Assembly: GCA_963693365.1 (NCBI GenBank)
Contig: CAVNZM010000014.1
Coordinates: 5,828,001 to 5,892,000 of the forward strand
DNA length: 64,000 nucleotides
Source of the DNA: Amoebidium appalachense
Taxonomy: Eukaryota; Protista; Ichthyosporea
Direction of reading: 5' to 3'
Below the pieces are notes generated by a model, which did not search any database, was not told the origin of the DNA, and saw nothing but the letters and a program-made list of their open reading frames with translations. The translations under genes and the position numbers were made by a program. The first letter of the stretch is position 1. Each line of letters begins with the position of its first letter. Positions 53,582 to 64,000 of this stretch are shown here, in pieces.

Positions 53582-54187
53582 ATTTACTACAGGTGAAATT
53601 GTGGGAATTCGAAGTATTGATGAATTTGTTATATTCTTTCCGTTCCACACCTGCTTGCAAGAGTATACATACAGAGTGTTGCAACGATAGGTCTGCATAT
53701 ACTATATCATACATACATATATCCCGTACGTGTTGGTACGGATAGCACATCACTAGGGACAACTGTTAATATCGATGTGAGTGACTTCCCATTCTTTAAA
53801 TCGTGCCGATTCGTCTTTATGGATGTACTGGTACACATCTTTTTAAAGGCCTGTTGTAATTGTTCCTTCTACTTAAAAACCAGAGAGAGGTGTAGTAAGG
53901 GATGCTGGCCATCGCCTTTAATCCTATTAACCACGAGGAGCTTTAACATAAATCAATTCGATGCAACAATAAATATTGGTTATTCTGAGTGAATTTATTC
54001 TGAACAAGCTACATGCACACCTGAAACTACTACGGTTCCCCACCTTGAAGAAGAAAACACACAACCCCCCCCCCCCCCCCCCCCCCCCCCCCTCAGTCCC
54101 CCTTCCCCCGCTCCCCTTTCCTCCCTCCCTCTCGCACGCAAAAGTGTTGTTTTGGCGTGGCAGACACGCAGAACTATACAACCCCGT

Positions 54188-55268
54188 AAACACCGGCTAT
54201 TATCTGAAGGCTTATATACAGCCCACCCAAATTTGGGCCTGTCCGGCACATGCGGAGGCAGCCCAGCCCCCCCTCTAACCTCGACCATCACGGCATGCAT
54301 CTACAATGTTTTGCACTCCCGGCACCCCAAGGCCCCCACGGCACAACACCGGCAGACAGCAGCCACGGTCACTGTCCAGTGTGAGTGGCTCAAGTGGATT
54401 GGAGGACAGCCTGGCCAACCAGACCCCGAGGACATCAAGTGGGTCACAAGGGGATTCTGCCCACGGTCCGTGGGACCGCTGCTAACAGCCCTCGGCACCA
54501 CAGAGCCCACGACACCAGTCATCTTAGGTAAAACTACAGTAGAAATGCAAAAAACACCGGCTATTATCTGAAGGCTTATATACAGCCCACCCAAATTTGG
54601 GCCTGTCCGGCACATGCGGAGGCAGCCCCCCCTCTAACCTCGACCATCACGGCATGCATCTACAATGTTTTGCACTCCCGGCACCCCAAGGCCCCCACGG
54701 CACAACACCGGCAGACAGCAGCCACGGTCACTGTCCAGTGTGAGTGGCTCAAGTGGATTGGAGGACAGCCTGGCCAACCAGACCCCGAGGACATCAAGTG
54801 GGTCACAAGGGGATTCTGCCCACGGTCCGTGGGACCGCTGCTAACAGCCCTCGGCACCACAGAGCCCACGACACGACGAGTCATCTTAGGTAAAACTACA
54901 GTAGAATTGCAAAAAACACCGGCTATTATCTGAAGGCTTATATACAGCCCACCTTTGGGCCTGTCCGGCACATGCGGAGGCAGCCCCCCCTCTAACCTCG
55001 ACCACCACGGCATGCATCTACAATGTTTTGCACTCCCGGCACCCCAAGGCCCCCACGGCACATCACCGGCAGACAGCAGCCACGGTCACTGTCCAGTGTG
55101 AGTGGCTCAAGTGGATTGGAGGACAGCCTGGCCAACCAGACCCCGAGGACATCAAGTGGGTCACAAGGGGATTCTGCCCACGGTCCGTGGGACCGCTGCT
55201 AACAGCCCTCGGCACCACAGAGCCCACGACACCAGTCATCTTAGGTAAAACTACAGTAGAATTGCAAA
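54188..55268 (+). repeat. Three tandem copies of a ~360-bp unit
   Basis: Units start AAACACCGGCTATTATCTGAAGG at ~54188, ~54552 and ~54914 and differ by small indels. Confidence 0.95.
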
Positions 55269-55914
55269 CCTTTTTCTTCTCTAAAATTTGGACACCACGT
55301 AACACGACCCTTCCACCCACACACCACAAAATGCACAAACACAAACACGCCAACACCACACGTAAACAAAGAGGTAGAGCCCCACCGAAACCCAAACCAC
55401 ACACACACACACACACCCAACACACACACAACCAGCATGCCCAACCTGGCAGTGCAGACACACCCACAGAACCAACCAACCATGTAACACTAGGCTCCTA
55501 GACCACTACACCGTAGCCACACTCTATGTCCAACACCATATTCTGCTAGGTAGCAACCCACCGCCACCAGTCCCCTCCATCCATCCATATCCCCCGTAGG
55601 CCCCACCCACACCACACCACACATTCCACCACTTTTAGACGAACTAATGAGAGCCCGGTTCTAAAGTTTATTCGTACGTCCTGAGTGGAGGGGAAGCCGG
55701 GTGCTACCCACCAGCGTGGCTGGGGTGGATACCCTAGGCAAAGTGTGTGCAAGTAGTTAGGATTGTTTAAAGGTGTGTTAACTCAGCTAATAATACCGTA
55801 GCACCCTAGCTAGAATACTGTCGGTGCTGGGTGGAAGACGGTAGTGCTCCCTGAGGGCCCAAGGGGTCCCTCCGGGAACAAAACGGGATAAATAAAAAAT
55901 TCTGAAGGCTTATA
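54203..55914 (+). mobile_element. 5'-truncated non-LTR retrotransposon (LINE-like) 3' end with 14-bp target-site duplication
   Basis: TCTGAAGGCTTATA at 54203-54216 and again at 55901-55914, directly after an A-rich tail (GATAAATAAAAAAT). Residual coding has a frameshifted Cys/His cluster (WACP..C..DHHGMHLQC) and KIWTPRN, resembling the C-terminus of LINE ORF2. Confidence 0.65.
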
Positions 55915-57023
55915 GGCCGTGGTTATTTTTTTGCAAATATAGTGCAACCCGTCAGATCTACTGTTACCAATATTAATAATACATTGGTAGTGTGTGTAGC
56001 TATGAGGGAGGGGATGCAAATTTGCGCGTGGACGTGCCAAATTCACACACGCACGGATACACACACACACACATCCGCGCGCGCACACACACACGCACAC
56101 GCGCACGCATACACGCCCGCACACATACACACACTCACATGCACACCACACACACACAAACATACACACAAGTGCACAAGCACACACGCGCCTGACTCAC
56201 AGTCACACACGGCACATGCACACCTGTCAAACACAAGCACACAATCACACTCACACGCAGACACACACACACCTTTACGGATTCAGACGCACACGCGCAC
56301 ACATGCACGCATGAATGCACACGTAAGAAACACCCGCACATACGCACGCACGCGCACATGCACGAACACACGAACGCACGAACGCACGCACGCACGCACG
56401 CACGCACGAACGTAAGCATGCACACCGTGCAAACATACACCACACACACCCACACACACCTGTACAGACACATACACACTGTCACACACACCCCCGCTAC
56501 CATCTCAGCTAAAAAAAGAACAGTACATTACAACACTATTACAAAAACATATGCGCACAGTTCTTATTCCCGAGGCTCACATTGTGGTCTGCTGTTATAC
56601 ATTCTGTAGATACAATCATGCTACAATGGCCCCCTTCTACACCCCCTCCTCCCCTTCCCCCCCCCCCCCCCCCCTCCCTCTTCCCTTCCTTTCCATCCCC
56701 CCTCCCTCCATCCCTCCTTCTCCTCTCGCCTTCCTGCCCTCGATTCTACCCTCCCCCCCCCCCCTCCCCCCCGGGGAACCATTACTGATAAAACGAAGTC
56801 AACCCCCTCCCCCCCCCCCCCCCCCATCCCCCCCCTTCCCCTCCCTCCCACTGCCAGCACTGTGTTTCTCGGGGTTCCTCCCTCCCCCTCCCCCCTCCCC
56901 CACCCCTCACCCCCATACCCAGCCCCAGGCATTTTCTTTTGTGTTGCTCGTGCAAGGAAACCGTCCTCCCCTTTCCCCACTCCCTTGATAACCGTTCTTT
57001 TGCACATTGTAGTGTATGCCGAG

Positions 57024-57056
<33 letters not shown>

Positions 57057-57506
57057 TACCCCCCCCCCCTCCCCCCTCTCTTCCCTTTTCAAGATCTAGT
57101 AGCGGTCACTTTCTCTCTTCTGACTCAAGGACTATCCCGCTTTACCACCATCCCCCTTATGTGCTTGTGTATGCATCATACCCCCCCCCCCCCCCCCCCC
57201 CCCCCCCCTTCCCCCTCCCCCCCTCCCCCCCCCCCCCAACTCCCCCCATGGGGTCTCCCAACCCATTCGCCAACCCCACACACCCGAACCATAACCGTAA
57301 AATTTTGCGCAACTCTATTCTTGTGCATGGTACACAGCCGAATCCTAAAGAGAGCTGTACACAACAGGGCGTTAAAGTAAAATTGGGGAAGAAAAAGTCA
57401 AATTTTGTGCACATTACGAAACGTGAGAGTGTTTGTTGCCGGCCTTCTTCTTTGTGCGGGCATGTGTTCCTGCCGGAAATGTTTCTCAGTTTCTCTGAGT
57501 GATGTA

Positions 57507-57547
<41 letters not shown>

Positions 57548-58590
57548 TGAAAAAAAGAATAAAAGAGAAAGAAAGAGGGAAAAAAAAAAAAAAAAAAAAA
57601 AAAAAGGGGGGAAAGGAAAGAATAAAACACAGCCTCTAACTTGAACCTGCAGCACAAGTGCAAAGAAAAGAAATATTGACCAAAGTGCTGCGAAACCGCG
57701 ATGAAGCCTGAACAGGGTTAACGTTGTTAGGAAAAGATTTCTTAGCCTCACGAGCCCCCTCCCCCCTCCTCCTTCCACATCCCCTCCCCCTCTTCCCCCC
57801 CCCCCCCCCCCCTCTCCCCCCCTTCCCCCCTACCCACTAAAAACAAACAAACAAACAAAAAAAACATGTGTTGATGATCACCGACAGTGGAGCTAAGCCT
57901 GGTGTATTTTTTTTTGTGCTCGGCCTCATCCGCCCAAAGTTCGTCTGAGTGGCAATCGGTGCATGGGAGCCACAGGGGATGGGGTACACGTACGTGGTGT
58001 ACTAGTATATATGAATGTCTTTCGGCATGGAATTTTTTTTTTGTGTGTGTGCATTTTACACACCCGATTCTGAAAGGAAGTAGTACAAATGGAAAAGACC
58101 GTTGAATTTAGTAAAAGGTGTGAGCTCCAGTCAAAACGGTAGTACTTGTGTGTGTGTGTGTGTTTGTGTGTTTGTGTGTGTGTGTGTGTATGTTGTAGAT
58201 GGGGAAGTAGATGACACGGAGTGGTAATTTAATAATAATACTCGGGCTTGTATACCATGTATTTATAGTTAGGTAAATGTATAAAACCGTGTACAGGCAG
58301 TGTGAATAGAACCAGTGAGCTCACAAGGGTGCTCTGCCAACGTTAGTTACACCAAAATGAACGGTGACCTAAGGAGCGCATCACCACACGTTCATTAGCT
58401 AAGCGTTGTTCTAGAATGTAAAAATACACACTAGCGGACTTAGTCCCTGCCTTAGGCGTCCCAAGTAGCTATACGCGAACTGGTTCGAGCCGGTGTATGG
58501 CTATATGTTATAGTGGACACTGTGATCAATGGTACACGGTAATCGGTGAAGTGAGGTTTTCGATGGTCACACAAGCCTTATTGTATCCGT

Positions 58591-58734
<144 letters not shown>

Positions 58735-58754
58735 CGTGCGTGCGTGCGTGCGTG

Positions 58755-58786
<32 letters not shown>

Positions 58787-59963
58787 TGCGTGTGTGTGTG
58801 TACGTGTGCGCGCGTGCGCACGCGTGCACATGTAATTCATCATTAAGGCCACAGACAGTGTCGCCCCGGGAGGAAAGGGGGGTAAGAAATTCGGGGGCCC
58901 AGGGGAGGCGGGGGGGGGGGGGGAGAAGGGGGATTAGGGAAGGAAGGGAAAGGGGGCCGGGGGGAAGGGAGGGGGGAGGAGGGGGGAGGGGGGCCCGGAT
59001 CCGGGGGGGGGGGGGGGGGGGGGGGGGACGGTGGAGGGGGGAGGAGGCGTCCATCATGATCATTTTTCGCATTCAGGGCCCCAGATGCATCCAGGATGTC
59101 GAGCAAACCCCGGAAAGATGGACAATAAAGCACAAGGTGTGTTCCCTGACAAGATGCAACCATGCGTATGTATGTGTGGGGAGCTTGCCTAAATGTGACA
59201 TTAATTGGCACGTACGTACTTGCTTGCCCTGAATGGTTCTATTTGGTTTCTATTTAATTAGGGTGAAAACGCCGGCTAGCAGCAAGTCGTTCGTCATACC
59301 ATATCCATGGAGAAAACTTGGAGATACCTTTACCCTCCCCTTTTGCGTGAGCAAGATTTTTGTTTTTTTAGGCGCTGGTACTCTATGACTACAATGTACA
59401 TTTTTTTTGGCAATACAGCCGGTTCAGGATACCCAAATACCGTTAGCCAATCAGACAACCGAATAAAACCAAATAGATCTATGTGCCCTGCGAGGGCCTG
59501 CTCAGTGCACTGCGGCATACGCAGGCGCCATAGGGGAAGTTCGTGGGTAGCCCACACAGCGCGAGGAACATAGAAATGCACACATATGGCAAAGTCACAA
59601 ATGACCCAACATACACATATATTCATACAATTTTCGCACATGCATATCAATATCATAAATATATACATTCAAAAACTTACCAACTCGTTGATCAGATCAT
59701 GCGCTCTGGCATCCGCACAAATCTATGCCAGCATTATAAAGCTCAGCATTGTGTCATTTTTGCATACAAACAGTTTATGCAGCTAATAGCATTCCATGCA
59801 ACCTTTGGAAGACATTCACGTGAACCAAACAATCAAAAGGCACATAATAAGCCGCTGTGTTTTCTGTACCAGATGATCCAGTTAACGTTCTGTGCAACTT
59901 GCCAAACATTACTACTTGCGAGTGTTTGAGCCGGTGCCTACCAACCTAACCGACAAGTTCAAC

Positions 59964-61088
59964 ATGCATATCTCAACCATCATCGCCTCCTTCACGCTAC
60001 TGCCTCCTCTTTCTCCGAGGCAGCAACCACGCCCGTGCACGTCTTAACCCCTCGTGGTGCAGGCAAACAAATGAAGGATTCCCCGCAGAGGTTTGGACTC
60101 AATGACACCGCGATGCTTCTAATCGACCACCAGGTTGGGACCGTCACCATTACCAACTCTTCCATCGACCGCCCAACCATCCGTCTGCATGCCGTGCGCC
60201 TTGCGGGTGTTGCTAAGGTTGCAAAGATACCGCTTCTTCTGACCTCCAGCCTGGAAACCCAGGTATGAACATGGTTGCACCTGAAAGTTTCGGTACACTC
60301 AGTCTGCCAATATTACATGTTCATGGCATATGTGCATGGTGTTGTCCGCCTTTGGGTCATTGAGCATATTGACATATTACCTGTTGCTGTGCGTGTGCCT
60401 TGATGTAATCAGACTACCTAGCGCATATTTTATGTAATCATGATGTTGCTACTCTTTGCAGCGGCTGTAGACTACATGTGCGGTGGTTCGATATTGGCAT
60501 TCGGAGCATCCAGACTGAGTGTGCCTCACGTAGTTTTAGGTCGACTATAGGCCTAGCTTGCACAATGTTATATATACATAAATTAAATGTACTCAAACCT
60601 ATATGTGGATTTTTTCTGTGCTGGGCTCAAGGTGAACCATACCCGAATCGTTGAACGTTCTGCAAAACTAACACTGGATAATAATGTTCCGCAGTTCCAA
60701 GGAATGCTCGTCCCCGAGTTAGAGGCTGTTGCCCCCGAGGAATACAAAAATCACATCAAGCGCACGGGGATTGTGAATGCCTGGAGGGACCCTGCCTACA
60801 AGGCGGCCGTGAAGAACCTCAAGAGGAAAAACCTCATCATTGCCGGCCTGACTAATGATGTGTGCACCGTGTGGCCCGATATATGGACGCCATCAAGGTA
60901 TGCTAATTGTAGGTTGAAATTTTACTGTGTGCTCCTGTGTTATTGGCCGTATTATATGACTTTGAAATTATGCATTGTGGTTTTGAAACCTTAAAAGAGA
61001 AAGGGAGAGAAAGAAGTGGTTTCTAGACGAGCTATGTAATCGTTACCCCCCCCCCCCCCCCCCCCCCTCCCCCCCTCCCCCTTCTCCC

Positions 61089-61130
<42 letters not shown>

Positions 61131-61603
61131 GAAAGTACCTTTGAAGGAGAAAAAAGAATCAGTGAGAATGAAAAGAAACTTTAAAGAGGCAAGGAAAAAA
61201 GAATGGCCAGAGCCTGCTTGTTCCGGCGTCCTCTTTGTTCATTGACTCTCTCTAATTAGCTAACCTATGCACAATCTAAAGAAAAAGCCGCAATCATTAT
61301 CATATACACTACTAATGATTCACTTATAAGGGACTTAATCAATCAAAGCTAATACATGGTTATGCATCCCACCAGGACGGCTACAACGTGATGGTTGTGA
61401 TGGATGCCGGTGGCAGCCCCACGCAGCTAGCAGATGAGATGGCAGGCCAGCACATGCGTGATGCCGGGGCCACCCTAGTGGGCACAAACATGGTCGTGGC
61501 TGACTTGGCCCAGAACTGGGCAGAGGGCCTAGGACCAAAAATGGCCCAGGTCATCGGGTCTCCGTTGGATGCTATTGTGGCTATGTTTAGCAAGAGTGGC
61601 TAA
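59964..61603 (+). CDS. YcaC-like isochorismatase-family cysteine hydrolase with probable signal peptide; three exons
   Basis: Exons 59964-60262, 60695-60897 and 61376-61603. Motifs MLLIDHQVG, LLTSS, KRTGIVNAW, RKNLIIAGLTNDVCT, DGYNVMVVMDAGGS. Needs two small frame corrections (~60003 and ~60880), so either sequencing errors or a recent pseudogene. Confidence 0.82.
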
Positions 61604-62106
61604 GAATAGCAAATCTGTTTAGTGCTGATACACTGAGTGGCGTGTACGTATCATTTCCTCTAGTGGACAGCTCGGAAGTAGGTTTGTTTATAGCAAACAA
61701 ACATGTGATGTGGCTTATAAGAGAACACGGTCACTTTTAAGAGGCGATTTGTTTTTGAGGGGCATTGTGATGTATACGTATGCACTGAAAGAGTCAAGGT
61801 GTAAACTTTTAAGGTTGAGGATGTTTATAATATCCGATAAGAAAATGTACAGTGTAGTAGTCGTAAATGGACTGTGTTGGATGATCATGATAAGCCGGAA
61901 CAAAAAGCTGTGAAAAAGACGGTGTATGTTCATGTGAGGAAGGGACTCAATAAAGAACTCTGAAATGACCTTCATCTTATAGTATTCCCCAAACTCCCCC
62001 ATCCCCCTCCCCTCCCCTCCCCCCCCCCCCCCCCCCCCCCGCGCACACGCATTGTGTACATGCACGCACACGCACACATGCACGCATGCACGCACGCGCA
62101 TGCGCG

Positions 62107-62175
<69 letters not shown>

Positions 62176-62190
62176 AGACACACACACACA

Positions 62191-62315
62191 CACGTTTAAC
62201 TCACCGCCACCCGGACCCTCCTCTTTTCAGATGCACACACACACACACACACAGACACACACACACACACGTTTAACTCACCGCCACCCGGACCCTCCTC
62301 TTTTCAGATGCACAT
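62191..62315. repeat. Tandem duplication of a ~45-bp unique segment embedded in CA repeats
   Basis: CACGTTTAACTCACCGCCACCCGGACCCTCCTCTTTTCAGATGCACA twice. Confidence 0.85.
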
Positions 62316-62399
62316 GTAAGGAAAGAAGGAGTGGGAGAAGTGACCGGGATGCTGCCTTTTTCCTTTTTTTTCTTTTCTTTTTTTTCTTTTTATTTATTT

Positions 62400-62446
<47 letters not shown>

Positions 62447-62584
62447 AGCATCATTAGTGAGGCCACCATTGGGGGCTAGCACATGTACCTTTAAGCTGAG
62501 GGAAGCATATGCAGCCACCACCACAGACATTGTGCACGTGCACATTGCTGAAGACTCAACTGAATGAACGTTCAAACCTCCCAC

Positions 62585-62632
<48 letters not shown>

Positions 62633-62687
62633 CCCTCACCACCACCAAACCACCACCTTAAAGCAACCACCGCTACTCCCATTTTAG

Positions 62688-63142
62688 CCGCCGGGCTCAA
62701 AAGGGCGCGAAGAAGCTTAAGCTGGCTCTGTCAAATGTCGAACACAATGTGATTGAGTCTCTTGATAATCATTGGTGAGCCGCATTTGAGAAATGTGGTT
62801 CTCGGGTAGACGCTTAAATTTAAGAGAAGCGGTGGTTAGCTTAAGGCAGCACTCCCGAGCTTTTCCCGGCACCGAGTCCATATGACCTTGGAGTACATCT
62901 CACACGAGATCCCCCCCCTCCCCCCCCCCTCTCTCTCCCCACCCACCCACCCACACACATGCACACACACATGTACACACACACCACCACGTACCACCAC
63001 CACCACGTGCACCACCACCCTCCTCCTCCTATGTACCCTTTACCAACTCTAGCTAATGCTGAATTTGTAGCCCCCCCCCCCCCCCCCCTCCCCCCCGCCC
63101 CCCTCCGGCCCTTTTTTTTTTGTTTGTTTGTTTGTTTGGAGT

Positions 63143-63179
<37 letters not shown>

Positions 63180-63465
63180 ACCAACGGCTACGGCAACGTT
63201 AACTAGATATTAGCTCATATAGGCCAATGGACCTGGGTTGCAATTGGTAGTGCCTTTTTTCTTTCTTTCAATCTTTCTTTCAATCTTTTTTTTTTTTTTT
63301 TTTTTTTTTTGGGGGGGGGGGGGGGGGGGAGGGGGGGGGGGGGGGGGGGGGGAGGTAACAGATGTTACAGGGACAATATGCACAGAGCCAAGCATACATC
63401 CAGCCGTTCTGTGTATTCATGTGGTGTTCATAAAGGGGAACAGTTGCTGCGGCCGAAACAGCCTG
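62688..63465 (+). other. Possible exons of an unidentified gene
   Basis: AG/GT-bounded, phase-compatible open segments ~62688-62774 (RRAQKGAKKLKLALSNVEHNVIESLDNH, GTGAG donor) and ~63370-63465 (WDNMHRAKH..., GTAAG donor). No recognisable motif. Confidence 0.25.
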
Positions 63466-63599
63466 TAAGGTATATATATATATCACTAAGCATGGACAGC
63501 TATATGACAGTTACAGGAATCGAAACGGGTGTGTTGATGATATCTCCTAAGAAAAACGGATTGGGTCCCTTCACCGCCAATTGTTGATGTTTGTTTGTT

Positions 63600-63649
<50 letters not shown>

Positions 63650-64000
63650 TGTGTGTCCGTGTGTGTGTGGTTAGCTGTGTTTGTCTCTGTGCAGACGCGT
63701 GTGTGTGTGTGTGTGTGTGTGTCCTTGTGCCTGCGTTTATCTGTGCGTACATGTGCGACATTTTCGTGTGTACGGGTTAAGTGTGCCATCGTGTGTGTGT
63801 GTGTGTGTTGGTTTGCGATCGTGTCTGTGCAAACCTCACCATCCGTTGGTGTCTGTGCGTGCGTTTGAGCATCCGTGTTTGTTTGCTTTCTTTTTGGGAA
63901 GCGCACCGTGTTTGCACCGTCACATACACAGAACGTGGAGCTATCTGCATACACAATTGTGCTGTTTTGATGTCTTGCGCAGGTGCGCCATGAATCAAAA

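Noticed and set aside
54188-55268. Tandem ~360-bp units as a CRISPR array or retrozyme
   Set aside because: Units are wholly repeated with no variable spacers, no cas genes are present, and no complete hammerhead was found on either strand.
57984-58006. Hairpin plus CTAG as a Helitron 3' end
   Set aside because: The CTAG overlaps the hairpin rather than lying ~10 nt downstream, and there is no Rep/helicase evidence.
62868-62880. GGCACCGAGTC resembling the Cas9 tracrRNA tail
   Set aside because: Short chance match lacking the complementary GGTGC and the rest of the scaffold.

Overview
Intron-rich eukaryotic DNA full of poly-G/poly-C tracts and (CA)n/(GCAC)n microsatellites. Most short ORFs in the track are translated microsatellite. 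Several single-base frameshifts at homopolymers suggest long-read consensus errors. Contents, left to right: (1) a chromodomain-bearing Ty3/Gypsy LTR retrotransposon (1-~6800) followed by an inverted partial copy of itself (~6800-10751), which may be a fold-back artefact. (2) A six-exon DDE transposase gene of about 1540 aa, resembling the Dada superfamily, with a DEDDy 3'-5' exonuclease inserted in its catalytic core (11082-18980) and bracketed by a 10-bp direct repeat. (3) A putative secreted orphan gene. (4) An 11-exon PP2C phosphatase resembling PPM1L. (5) Two divergently oriented, intronless, secreted GH114 glycoside hydrolase genes. (6) A 5'-truncated LINE-like insertion with a 14-bp TSD and a triplicated 5' junction. 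Its 3' region recurs as a diverged copy and shows compensatory base pairing and a possible pseudoknot. (7) A three-exon YcaC-like isochorismatase-family hydrolase with a probable signal peptide. All family assignments come from motif recognition by eye; no searches were run.
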